Source: Antedon mediterranea
Taxonomy: Eukaryota; Animalia; Echinodermata
Length of the DNA stretch: 64,000 nucleotides
Assembly: GCF_964355755.1 (NCBI RefSeq)
Contig: NC_092677.1
Location: 18,684,101 to 18,748,100, forward strand
Direction of reading: 5' to 3'
Both the position numbers and the translations under genes were made by a program. The notes beneath the pieces were generated by a model. It saw nothing but the letters and a program-made list of their open reading frames with translations, did not search any database and was not told the DNA's origin. Positions 21,431 to 33,600 of this stretch are shown here, piece after piece (position 1 is the stretch's first letter; each line of letters opens with the position of its first letter).

Positions 21431-23070
21431 ACGCCCTCTACGGCGAATAAGTAACTGGCTTTTACGAACGTTATAACACTTGACCTACTTAATTTTTTCA
21501 AAATATTTTGGTATGGATTGATCACCCTTGACCTACTCTATCATTTGCCACCCCAGTTCCGCGAACTTTTTTGCATCTACGCCCTCTACGGCGAATAAGT
21601 AACTGGCTTTTACGAATGTTATAACACTTGACCTACTTAATTGTTTCAAAATGTTTTGGTATGGATCGATTACCCTTGACCTACTTTACCATTTTCCACC
21701 CCAGTTCCACGAACTTTTTTGCATCTACGCCCTCTACGGCGAATAAGTAACTGGCTTTACGAACGTTATAACACTTGACCTGCTTAATTTTTTCAAAATA
21801 TTTTGGTATGAATCGGTCACCCTTGACCTACTCTACCATTTGCCACTTCAGTTCCGCGAACTTTTTTGCGTCTACGCCCTCTACGGCGAATAAGTAACTG
21901 GCTTTACGAACGTTATAACACTTGACCTACTTAATTTTTTCAAAATATTTTGGTATGGATCGATCACCCTTGACCTACTTTACAATTTGCCACCCCAGTT
22001 TCGAGAACTTTTTTGCATCTTCGCCCTCTACGGCGAATAAGTAACTGGCTTTACGAACGTTATAACACTTGACCTACTTAATTTTTTCAAACTATTTTGG
22101 TATGAATCGATCACCCTTCACCTACTCTATCATTTGCCACCCCAGTTCCGCGAACTTTTTTGCATCTACGCCCTCTACGGCGAATAAGTAACTGGCTTTT
22201 ACGAACGTTATAACACTTGACCTACTTAATTTTTTTCAAAATATTTTGGTATGAATCGATCACCCTTCACCTACTCTATCATTTGCCACCCCAGTTCCGC
22301 GAACTTTTTTGCATCTACGCCCTCTACGGCGAATAAGTAACTGGCTTTTACGAACGTTATAACACTTGACCTACTTAATTTTTTCAAAATGTTTTGGTAT
22401 GGATCGATCACCCTTGACCTACTTTACTATTTGCCACCCCAGTTCCGCGAACTTTTTTGCATCTACGCCCTCCACGGCGAATAAGTAACTGGCTTTTCGA
22501 ACGTTATAACACTTGACCTACTTAATTTTTTCAAAATATTTTGGTATGAATCGATCACCCTTGACCTACTTTACCATTTGCCATCCCAGTTCCGCGAACC
22601 TTTTTGCGTCTACGCCCTCTACGGCGAATAAGTAATTGGCTTTACGAACGTTATAACACTTGATCTACTTAATTTTTTCAAAATATTTTGGTATGAATCG
22701 ATCACTCTTGACCTACTCTACCATTTGCCACCCCAGTTCCGCGAACTTTTTTGCGTCTACGCCCTCTACGGCGAATAAGTAACTGGCTTTTACGAACGTT
22801 ATAACACTTGACCTACTTAATTTTTCCAAAATATTTTGGTATGAATCGATCACCCTTGACCTACTCTACCATTTGCCACCCCAGTTCCGCGATTTTCTTT
22901 GCATCTACGCCCTCTACGGCGAATAAGTAACTAGCTTTTACGAACGTTTTACACTTTACCAACTTAATTTTTTCAAAATAGTTTTTGCATACGGCGAATA
23001 AGTAATTTGTTATGGGTAGATGACCCTTGACTACTTTACCATTTGCCAAACTAGTTCCGCGAACTTGTAC
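21431..23070 (+). repeat. Left-arm tandem array, ~148-bp unit x 11 plus degenerate end
   Basis: (a)cgccctctacggcgaataag at 21431, 21579, 21727, 21874, 22021, 22168, 22317, 22465, 22612, 22759 and 22907. Confidence 0.95.
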
Positions 23071-23545
23071 CTATGTCCTTTTATGGCGAATTAATTTTGG
23101 TTTTGTTTTGACTTGTTACAACATGCAATTTTAAAAGATAATTTCTGAAGCAAACACAAATACAACAGTTTGGTTATGAACGGTAACCACAAGTTATTAT
23201 TCCGTTTTATTCAACTTTTCAACACAAGTACAACATGACTACCTGAAATTAAAACAGCATTTAAAGTAGGCTCTATCGTAGTAAATAAACTAGAACTAAT
23301 AAATAACTTCTTACGTCAACATGTGACGACATACTGCATAGTTATTCAATACCGCCCCACTTCATTAAATGTTATGCCGGGCTATTTTTTCTCGTTAATT
23401 ACAACAGTTGCAATCGATAAAATGTAATATCTTTTTAAACGTGCTTACTTACCCATTCTATAAAAGCACACATACAAACCAAGTCTGAACTGACGTTTTT
23501 TATAAATGTCATTACAGCAACTGCTACTTAAAAACAGTTTACACT

Positions 23546-23664
23546 TGGCGTTCATACCTCTAGACCACCGAGCTCGGTGGTCTAGACGCCAGGCTAGTGA
23601 TCTGGAGGTTGTGGGTTCGAGTCCCACCCGAGAACTACTTGCGATTTTTTTCGCAAGTATTCTC
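23546..23664 (+). other. tRNA-derived (SINE-head-like) sequence with inverted 5' duplicate and T-loop hairpin
   Basis: Anticodon arm CCAGG-CTAGTGA-TCTGG, T arm GTGGG-TTCGAGT-CCCAC (B box), A box TGGTCTAGA(GG); 28-bp perfect palindrome at 23559-23586. Confidence 0.7.
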
Positions 23665-24340
23665 AAATGTACTTAGTATAAAGTACAAATTACGTCAGAG
23701 TAGGGTAAAACATCTAATTAATCCTTTATTAAATTAAAGAGCGCACATTCTTCCCTGGATGATGAAAGTTGTTTTAAAAACAATACAATAATTGTAATGT
23801 AACGAATGTAATGTTGAACTGTAAGTAGCTGAAATAATTTGTTATTTAACAATTTAAATATGCCTATTATTACTCTTTCATAACTTATATAACATTATAC
23901 AATAATTTCTTTCAAAACTGTCAAAAGCAATTTTTTTTCCATTGCATTTTGTTTCTCATGTTATGATGTAGGAAGATAATTGTATTTAAATGTTGCATCA
24001 CATTAAGTTGTTTAAATGGTGTTCTTACGCATATGGTTTACGGCATAAATGTCTTTCATTATAAAATCTATAAATTACTAAATATTTTACCACTGTAGAC
24101 CTAGAATGTTTAAAAAAATCACCCACATACAATGACATCATCTTACAGTACCCATCTATAAGCGAACAAAAAAAACAAAGCTGAACTAATGTTTTTTTTT
24201 AAATGTCATTACAGCAACTGTTACTTAAAAACAGTTTACACTACCTTATAACAGCAAAATTAACATATTCATTAATACTGTTACCGTTAATATTAACAAT
24301 TAAAAAGCGCACACTATTCATTGAGTGATAATAGTTACGA

Positions 24341-25335
24341 TAGGTCAAGGGTGATCGATTCATACCAAAATATTTTGGAAAAATTAAGTAGGTCAAGTGT
24401 TATAACGTTCGTAAAAGCCAGTTACTTATTCGCTGTAGAGGGCGTAGACGCAAAAAAGTTCGCGGAACTGGGGTGGCAAATGGTAGAGTAGGTCAAGGGT
24501 GACCGATTCATACCAAAATATTTTGAAAAAATTAAGTAGGTCAAGTATTATAACGTTCGTAAAAGCCAGTTACTTATTCGCTGTAGAGGGCGTAGACGCA
24601 AAAAAGTTCGCGGAACTGGGGTGGCAAATGGTAGAGTAGGTCAAGAGTGATCAATTCATACCAAAATATTTTGAAAAAATTAAGTAGATCAAGTGTTATA
24701 ACGTTCGTAAAGCCAGTTACTTATTCGCCGTAGAGGGCGTAGACGCAAAAAGGTTCGCGGAACTGGGATGGCAAATGGTAAAGTAGGTCAAGGGTCATCG
24801 ATTCATACCAAAATATTTTGAAAAAATTAAGTAGGTCAAGTGTTATAACGTTCGTAAAGCCAGTTACTTATTCGCCGTAGAGGGCGTAGATGCAAAAAAG
24901 TTCGCCGAACTGGGGTGGCAAATGGTAGAGTAGGTCAAGGGTGATCGAGTCATACCAAAATATTTTGGACAAATTAAGTAGGTCAAGTGTTATAACGTTC
25001 GTGAAAGCCAGTTACTTATTCGCCGTAGAGGGCGTAGACGCAAAAAAGTTCCCGGAACTGGGGTGGCAAATGGTAGGGTAGGTCAAGGGTGATCGATTCA
25101 TACCAAAATATTTTGAAAAAATTAAGTAGGTCAAGTGTTATAACGTTCGTAAAAAGCCAGTTACTTATTCGCCGTTGAGGGCGTAGACGCAAAAAAGTTC
25201 GCGGAACTGGGGTAGAAAACGATAGAGTAAGTCAAGGGTGATCGATCCATACCAAAATATTTTGAAAAAATTAAGTAGGTCAAGTGTTATAACGTTCGTA
25301 AAAGCTAGTTACTTATTCGCCGTAGAGGGCGTAAA
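24341..25335 (-). repeat. Right-arm tandem array, ~148-bp unit x 7, inverted
   Basis: cttattcgc(c/t)gtagagggcgta recurs at about 24424, 24573, 24720, 24866, 25015, 25163 and 25312. Confidence 0.95.
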
Positions 25336-25529
25336 TGCATAAAATGTTATTGAGCTTTGACAGGAAGAAGTAGAGGAGGTCAAGACTAACATGTCGATGC
25401 AATAACAACTCAATTAGAAAGTTATTACGTATTGAAATCTGTTTTTAAAAATATTTGTGACTGTCCCTTTAATTTAATTTGAATAAGGAACTAGGAACTG
25501 GTAACCAACTTCACAGACATCCATTCAAC

Positions 25530-26085
25530 TCTATTCGTCGAGTTCATCTCTCCTCTCGTGCGTTCTCCTCATCCGCACACAACATCTCAAATCTACGGGG
25601 GGCGCCCTTCACCTCCCGTCACTACTAACTGTAGTATAGGAGTTATACGGGTACTAAATACATCTACGTACATTGTGGCCTATAGCTGGGCTAGAAGAAG
25701 TCAGTACAGGTCGTACGTTTTTCCGATTTAGATTTAATTTACAGTGCTTTGAGCATTGACGCTTGCGTTAATTAATGTTAATTAGCGTTTACTATTCCAT
25801 TAAAAAACTAATTAATAAATATTTTCTGTTGAGTACAATTGAAGACATCAATGAATTATTTAATAGCGCCCTCAATACCATTTTACAATGTACAGGAAAA
25901 TAGTACATGTTGATTGAAATCGAATTAACTCAAATAATTAAATTACTTGCTGTATATATAAGCCTAAGTATGTTATAATCCTTTATCTTGGAACGATCAA
26001 CTTTAAATTAAGTTATTCAATACAATCAGTTTAAGCAATTTCCAAATTTATACATACTTTATTCTCGGCCATTGCTTACGTCACA
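25530..26085 (-). repeat. Probable remainder (U3/R) of the Mag-like 5' LTR interrupted by the foldback element
   Basis: Continues the sequence split at the TSD. Candidate LTR start TGTGACGTAA (- strand) at 26085 loosely mirrors TGTCGTAA at 20825; the boundary is unverified. Confidence 0.35.
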
Positions 26086-28190
26086 ATCAGTTCACTAGTG
26101 GTCATCCCTCTAGCAATATCAAGGCAGCATGTTATGTGGTCAACTATATCTACAATCATAGGCGGGTTGAGGGTTTTAGCCCGCTCCCACTTTTGAGTGG
26201 ATAAAAGGAGCCCCATCCCTCAATCCAAACATTATGGATCCACCCAAGACGTTACGTTACTCATTTGGCGAACGAACGACGCACGACACGTCGCGACCGT
26301 AAAATCTACATACAGTATTGGAAATTGACACGCCCCCGTTCACATGGGTACAATTCGCACAAGTGCAATCCATGGCGACAGCAATCACAAACCGCAATGC
26401 TCAATAACCGTGACGGGAGGTAATCGACCTAAACACTGTGATCACAGTCGGAATGCTGAACAGTAGTACTACATTGATTATTCCGCAACAGTAACAAGGT
26501 TGCAGGATAGTAGTAGGGTGAAGGGTTCTGGTAGTAGGAGGAGTGTAGGAGGACCAAAGAAAAGGAACATTTTGATGTGATACTCTCGGATCATACTGAC
26601 ATTAAACGATGTACCTGTACATATGGGCTGCGTTTGCCATGTTTGTGGTCTCAATCATAGTAAGATTTTTTTTAATTAAATTATAATCATTCCATACTGT
26701 CTGTACTATATTACCCTGATATTACGTAATATTAAACAAGAGTGTATTGTATAATTGTAAAATTAGATGTTGTACTCTTAATAATCTAATGATCTACCCT
26801 TTGCATTTATTAAATTTCGAAGTTTATTGTTAAATTAATGTTGAATTCCAAGTTCTAGAGATTCGTTTAGGTTTAATGTTGTTTCCCTCTGGGATATCAA
26901 GAACTTGTAAGGGACGGGCGGGGGAAGGGAGAAGCGGTGGTGATTGTTTGATTGATCGGATTGTTTCCGTCTAAGTTTTTCTTTACTGTAAGATCGCAGG
27001 TGCAAACTTATTTCCTATAATAATTTCGCATTGCCGCTTCTTGACTCGCCTATGCAGCTCACATCACAGCAATAATGCGTTGTTAGTTATCGTTGGTTAT
27101 CAATCAGATATAACATGGGTCAAATAACTATGAAATGCATCTCTACCATCTTTTTGTAATAAAGCAAATCTATTTATGATTATACCTGTTTATGTTAATT
27201 TAAATTAATTATAACAGCACTACAAAACTAAAATCACTTTATCTAGGTTTGATTTTTTGTTTTTTCTTTAAAATCCCAACCTGTATATATTAATGGAAAA
27301 TACCGGTTTCCAATCAACTTACGGTCAAATCTTCATAATAACAGTGACCAAATAATATAGACCCATTCAATTTATCGACGAACCTGTAAAGCGTTGTCGA
27401 TCAAACTAAAATACGGTGTTTTGTATCTTTTGTATATTACTGAGCTTAGATAATTCGTGTTGTTATATACTTTTAAAATAGGAATGATGGCACCAATATG
27501 GCTTGAACAATCAGCACAATACTTATACCACGCAATACCTATTTGAACTTCAAAGCATATTAGGCCTAAATGGTTATTAAAGACTACAGTTGTGAGTTGT
27601 GAGCATCCAAAGGCCTGTTGAAGTTACCTGGGTCATATTTATATTCGTCTCATTTGGTAACAAAGCAGATGATCTTGCTTATTAAACCAACAGTATGTGT
27701 CTTATTGAGGTTAGGTGTCAATTACAAATTTAATTAATATGGTATTACTACTCCTCGTGTCTAAAATATGTAACTTACGCAAATTGATCAGGTGTGTCGT
27801 ATTAAGATGTAAAATGGCCTTAAACTAATATATAATATAAATGCATGTGGTTAGCAGGGTTTAGCATGCGTACAAAAGCTGGTTCGTTTAAAATCTAGGT
27901 GTAATACTAGGATTGTCTGTTTCCAAAATGTGGTCAGCCAACATACATACCAAAGTTGGAGTTGGAGTTAGTTTAACGCTAGGTCTAGAATTTGATTGAA
28001 GGCAAAACAGCACCGCACGACAATTTTAACATAGAGCATGAATGTACTGATATGTGTGCTGAAATTGAAGAGAATAGTTGGGCACTGTATATGAAAAGTG
28101 ATCATTATTGTCACAAACGCTAACTCTCTAAGGAGAAACTATGACATTTTTTCTAATAATATATCAACAGAAAATCGAAAAATATAATTT

Positions 28191-29120
28191 TGGCCCCGTT
28201 TCTGCTGCCAAAAATATACCGTATATATACGGTATATTTTATATACGGTATATTTTTTGGCAGCAGAAATGGGTCTCATAAAAAATATACCGTATATATT
28301 TGCGGTATATATACTGCATAAATATCCCCATCGTTTGTGGATATTATACGGTATATTCGAAAAAATATACCGTATATTTCGTTCCCCGTTTCTGGTGCAC
28401 TCAAAATATACCGTAAATGTGACCCGTCTCATGACACGAGGTCAAAAACTAACAGAGCGAGACGCGTTTGTTTTGGTTTTTCTGCTGCATTGAAAGTTGA
28501 AAAACACGTGTAAAAGCAAGCAACAGATCAAAATGTCACTGTGGACCGAACAAATCACTATTTTTGCAATTCAATTGTGGGGGGAAGCGAAAGTTGGGGG
28601 GAGACTGCATGGCAACAGAAGAGATACCGAGATTTTAATTACAATAAATCGAATGTTCTTACACGACAACAACGTGATGTAAAATCATAGTAAAATACTG
28701 TATAATAGAAAATGGAAATTAAAACGGCAATATAGGATAATATAGCATAATATAAACTCAATTTGAATAACAGAGTTTATTTATAGTGACATTTCTAGAT
28801 TGTGCTTGTATGTGCGGTGTAAATTCGTTGCCACTTCTGCTCATTAGATTTAAAATAGAAAGCAATGCTACGACGTTTTGAGAAACCATCATTGTTTTTG
28901 TCAGCATGTACCGGTAGGTAAAAACCTCACTACACGAGGTCAATCCATACTTCCGTCTCACGAAATGCATTTTGGGTAATGAAAGCCAACTTTTTTACAA
29001 CCCACCCACGAAGTATGTGCAGCGGAAACGGTGCACGAATTTCATATACGGTATATATACGGTATATTTATACGGTATATTTATACGGTATATTTTGGGT
29101 TGGCAGCAGAAACGGGCCCA
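28191..29120. mobile_element. MITE / non-autonomous DNA element (PIF/Harbinger-like TIR) with subterminal ATACCGTA arrays
   Basis: TIR TGGCCCCGTTTCTGCTGCCAA / TTGGCAGCAGAAACGGGCCCA; internal TIR copies at ~28257 and ~28384; many ATATACCGTA/TACGGTATAT units. TSD not clear. Confidence 0.7.
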
Positions 29121-30529
29121 TAGAAACACACGATGGATGGCTAAACAACTTTGTTTTATATATATATATATATATATTTTATCTGTATTTTTTTGTTAAC
29201 CGTTTTTGATGTTGTATTGTTTTATGTTTCAAACCTGTTAGTGGCGGTATTTATCGCTGTTGGTTTTGATTGAATAAAATAAAATAAAAACAGTAAAGTA
29301 AACCTGCATACCGTTCGTTATTTCAACTAACGGTTATGAAAATAACAAGATCTGCAGTTAAAATTCATACATTCATCTAATAAAAGGCATAAACTTCCCC
29401 ATGCGTATATCGTATTACAGAATAAAAGGCAACTGAGATAGGCTACGAATATTAGCATTCTTTGCTACTTTATGGTATTTAATAAATAATAATGATTTTT
29501 TTGTATACTGATGAATTGATTCACATTATTATAGGCTTACTCATTGCTGTGGTGTAATATGCAGTGAATGCATGCCGCTGTTTAAAAGAAAATAAGAACA
29601 ATTATTTATCGGGCTCGTTTAGGTTTTAGAATTAGGCCAAATTGATAGCTACCGGTAGTGAATGTGGGTTCTCCATCACACATTATGTTTTTCCAAAAAC
29701 AAGTCTATGACTTGATTATACTACCTGTGCAACAGACGATAAATGGAAAACTGTTGTACAACGTAGCTGTAATCCGTGTCCTCGAATTCACCTTACTATA
29801 GAATTATATTTCCATTAATCAAACGCACGAATTGTCTATAAAGATGACTCATAACGTAAAATGATGTAGCTTGTACATTAAGATTGATTTATAATCTTTT
29901 TATAATTTTTCCTGATGTTAATGCCCTTGACAATACTATCACCCCTTGCAAGTTAATCTCTGAATATTAGGCATCATCGTCGAAAATATGTAGATGGGAA
30001 AATACGGTACATTTGCCTGTTTTCAATAGCGATCACGAACAAGGTGTGTATATTTATAATTGGTAAAAACCTCGTCATGGAAATTTTATCTCTTTGAGTG
30101 GTGTCTAATGTGAATCAAATGTGTTGGTGTAATCTTTCCCCACTACATAGGCTAGAGATGGTTTGTATTGTAGATAATAATATATACCAATAGGCCTACT
30201 AATATAGAATGACAGACCTGGGGTTTCGGTTCGGGTAAGACCAACTATTCTTGGTAGCAGCAGAAGCAATACATATTAAAATGCCTTTTACCAGGAGGAA
30301 TATCAAGAATTATAGAGAGTAGTAGGCCTACGTGGCAGCCGACACATTTTCAACACATTTTAACAGGCCTGTCTACTTTTGTGGAAAGTGACCCAGATTT
30401 TGTCTTTAGTTGTATGTAATAATATTACTTTCAAGTAGTGGCATTTAAATTTGTGAATAATATGATACATTACTGTGATTTTGAACTTTTACAATTGTGT
30501 ACAAAGTATGCGATTGTACAGACGGATAT

Positions 30530-30610
30530 GAGGAACCAATGATGTTTAACCCTAATGTTTTTAGTTGAGGAGGAACCAATGATGTTTAACCCTAATGCTT
30601 TTTAGTTGAG
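30530..30610. repeat. ~40-bp tandem duplication
   Basis: gaggaaccaatgatgtttaaccctaatg(c)tttttagttgag occurs twice. Confidence 0.85.
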
Positions 30611-33600
30611 ATGTGAAGGTGGAAATCATACAAATTTTACTTATTGTACTACTATATTTGAAGCTACTTTAACATAACATATTATGTTCATCTATATTTA
30701 CATTTACAGCAGTGATTGGTTGCTATCCGTGTTGTAGACCTATAACGTAATTTAATTACATGCTCAGTCAGCGGTTTATGTTAAATTGGAATGAACGTTT
30801 GAACTGAACAATAACAATCTTTTTCCATCTCATTAGCCTTCGTCCAACTAAGACGGAACTCAATGCTGTAAATTTAACGCAAAATGCGATGTATCATCTG
30901 AACTGTTGCAGTAATTGGTCAATTTACTTACTTTTACGCGTTCGTTCGTTCTTCCATTGCGTCCTAACCCTAGTTTTTAAATACAGTAATATATTAGAAT
31001 TTCGACATTTCGCTCTCATTCTTTCCCATCAGCGGTTGCCGTAAGTTAATACTAACCATGAAGTGTAGAATTGCGAGTAATAATAAGTCAACATCAACCC
31101 ATCAACGCGAAACGTCCCAAGAAATCTCAGTACTATACCGGTAATAGTTACAGCTAGTATTATGGATTTCTTATAAGTTTTGCTACGTGTTCTTCTTTAG
31201 TGAGATTGTGGCGAGTAATGTATTAATATTATCACATGTTAAATCTTGACCGGTTCACCGGTAACCTAATCTGGACACAAGACTTGTGAATTGAGTTTCT
31301 GGATTTGAGTTTTTTGCTTTAATGCCAACACGCTTGATTAAATTACCAACTGTAGGCCTACCGTATGTATTTGGTTAAGATTTCATATACATATAATCAG
31401 CTGACACTTTAATCATTCACGGGTAATAATGCTTGATCAAATTAGTGAATATTATTTTTGATTTGTCAGCTTTATATAAAATGTCATGTATACTGCATAA
31501 AACTGTCATACTAATTATATTTAATACGGTAATATTCGAACATATAAATGAATAAATTCAGAATGTATCACATTAAAATAAAAATCCAGCTCGTCTAAAA
31601 ACACTGCACATTGCTTCTCCATAAGTAAGCAAATATTTTACCCTTTTCATAACCAGGTAAATCTCAAAATAAAAAGTAATATTAAATATTATAATTAGTT
31701 TATATAAGTTATATTAGTTTAATATTGTTATTTTATTATTACAATTTACTTACTTAGCTAAGACTAGAGTAGCTCCAAGTAGTAAAATAACAAATTCGAC
31801 GGGAAAAAGTTACAGATTACGTTAATTAAGATAATTACTGGATATTCTTTTTGAAGAACAATTGTAACGGTACAAAAACTAATCTCACAATAACGTATTA
31901 ATATGGTATATAGCATTTTTCTTAAATAAATGAACGGAATATGTTTACTGAAAACAAAAATAAGAACAAAACGATTGTATTTTAAAATTCGTTTAAAATT
32001 GCGTCAAAACAAGATAATCTTAAATTATTCATTAATAAAAATGTTTCACTTTAATTCATCGTTTAAGCAAAACCTTCTGTTTTCAGGATTGGGTGAGAAT
32101 TGCAATCCTTGTGGAAAATAACCCAACAATCAATGAATTTTAGGAAATGTTAATGCCTTGTAGGGAATACGATTTTTATATTCAGTCGCGGTCATTGGTT
32201 GAGATTGCATAAAAATAAATCTTCTCCTCTTCCCAAGTGTTTTGACTAAATACCATATTAATACATTATACATAAACAAAATATATGAAAATAAATAATC
32301 ATTTTCCATTATTATTGTGTAATGAAGATTATTTCATGACTTATGAAAACAATTTACAAAAGTTTGTTCTAGGAGCAAAATGACTAATTAAAAGTGTTCT
32401 ATAATTATGCGAGTTCAACGGTTTCATACCACCAGTCTCTAGGTTTAATACAATGTAGTAACAGATTTACCTCATCACATTTAGTGAGTACTATATTTAA
32501 AACCCAATATTAGGAAGTGTTAATTACTTTACCTAAAGTAAAACAAATGATTGCAGATGCTTGTTGTTATTAAAATAAAGTTTACAATAATAAACGCACA
32601 ATACACAATAGCGTTCATCCTAAATCCTGAGTTTAAATCAAGTTAAATAGTATATTTGCATTTTCTCACGCACATAGTAACATATTGTTAGGCCCAGTGA
32701 GAGAAACTCAACAGGTTCCAGTCTACTCAATACAGGTCCCACTACCATTGGTAAAATTCAAAATCTGACCCAATAAATATCCAGATTACTCTTCAGAGGT
32801 AAATTCAATGTTTCTTTCTAAACCTTGACCTAAAGATGGTTAGATATGATTTTAAAATTCCCCAGCTGAAGCGACATTGGAACCAACCACTGATTTATGT
32901 CTGAAGCGAATACCCTTACAAGCCGCATCACACATTTGGGACCAACAATCAGCATCACACATTTCGCATCACACATTTGGGACCAAAATATTTTCAGTTT
33001 ATTAACTATATTGACCTACTTCAGCGAAAATACTAAATTCATCTTGTTTTTAAAAAATGCATTTTTTACGAAAGAGGAGGAAAAATATAGAATATTTCAA
33101 TAAAACGATCATATTTAGTGCGGAAGTTATAAAGAACCACAGATGGGTTTTATGGTTTCGTTAAGGTGACGTCTAACCACTATGACAAGATACGTTATTT
33201 TGTCTGTCTGGTGTAAAAAGTCTGAACTGAGTACTTACAGTAATAGAATTAGCCTATATGCTATAAGTAGAAAAATTACTGGAAAATGGCAATGCCATAT
33301 GGATAGCTGGATCTCAAAATAAGCAAACAGCTAGCTTAATCAAAATGGTAAAGTAAAGCAGCCAGCATTAAGTGCCTGAAAATGTTTTCAATGATATTAT
33401 TATATTTAATTATATAGACATTAATCGAGTATATTCTGAAACAAATGAAAACCTGAATTGGATTTGAGTACGGCGCCGCTAATTGAGCACGAACAACCAG
33501 ATGAATGAAGAAATATTGTAGGTCTACGTACATCATGTAAGACAGAAAGGGAACATTATAGAGAAATGGGATAGAAGACAATCGACAGTAAACTCACTGG

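Larger units (their letters stand above)
21234..25520. mobile_element. Foldback-type non-autonomous DNA transposon (Mutator/MuDR-like by TSD), 4287 bp
   Basis: TIR ATGTCTGTGAAGTTGGTTAC / GTAACCAACTTCACAGACAT; perfect 9-bp TSD CCATTCAAC at 21225-21233 and 25521-25529; long inverted arms of tandem units; no transposase ORF. Confidence 0.93.

Noticed and set aside
23573-23634. Functional tRNA-Thr(AGT) gene
   Set aside because: The D loop is deleted and the acceptor stem is incomplete; context suggests a SINE-derived sequence.
21431-25335. CRISPR-like or RT-associated repeat array next to retroelement genes
   Set aside because: Units are contiguous near-identical tandem copies with no unique spacers, and they are enclosed by TIRs and a 9-bp TSD, so they form an independent DNA-element insertion.
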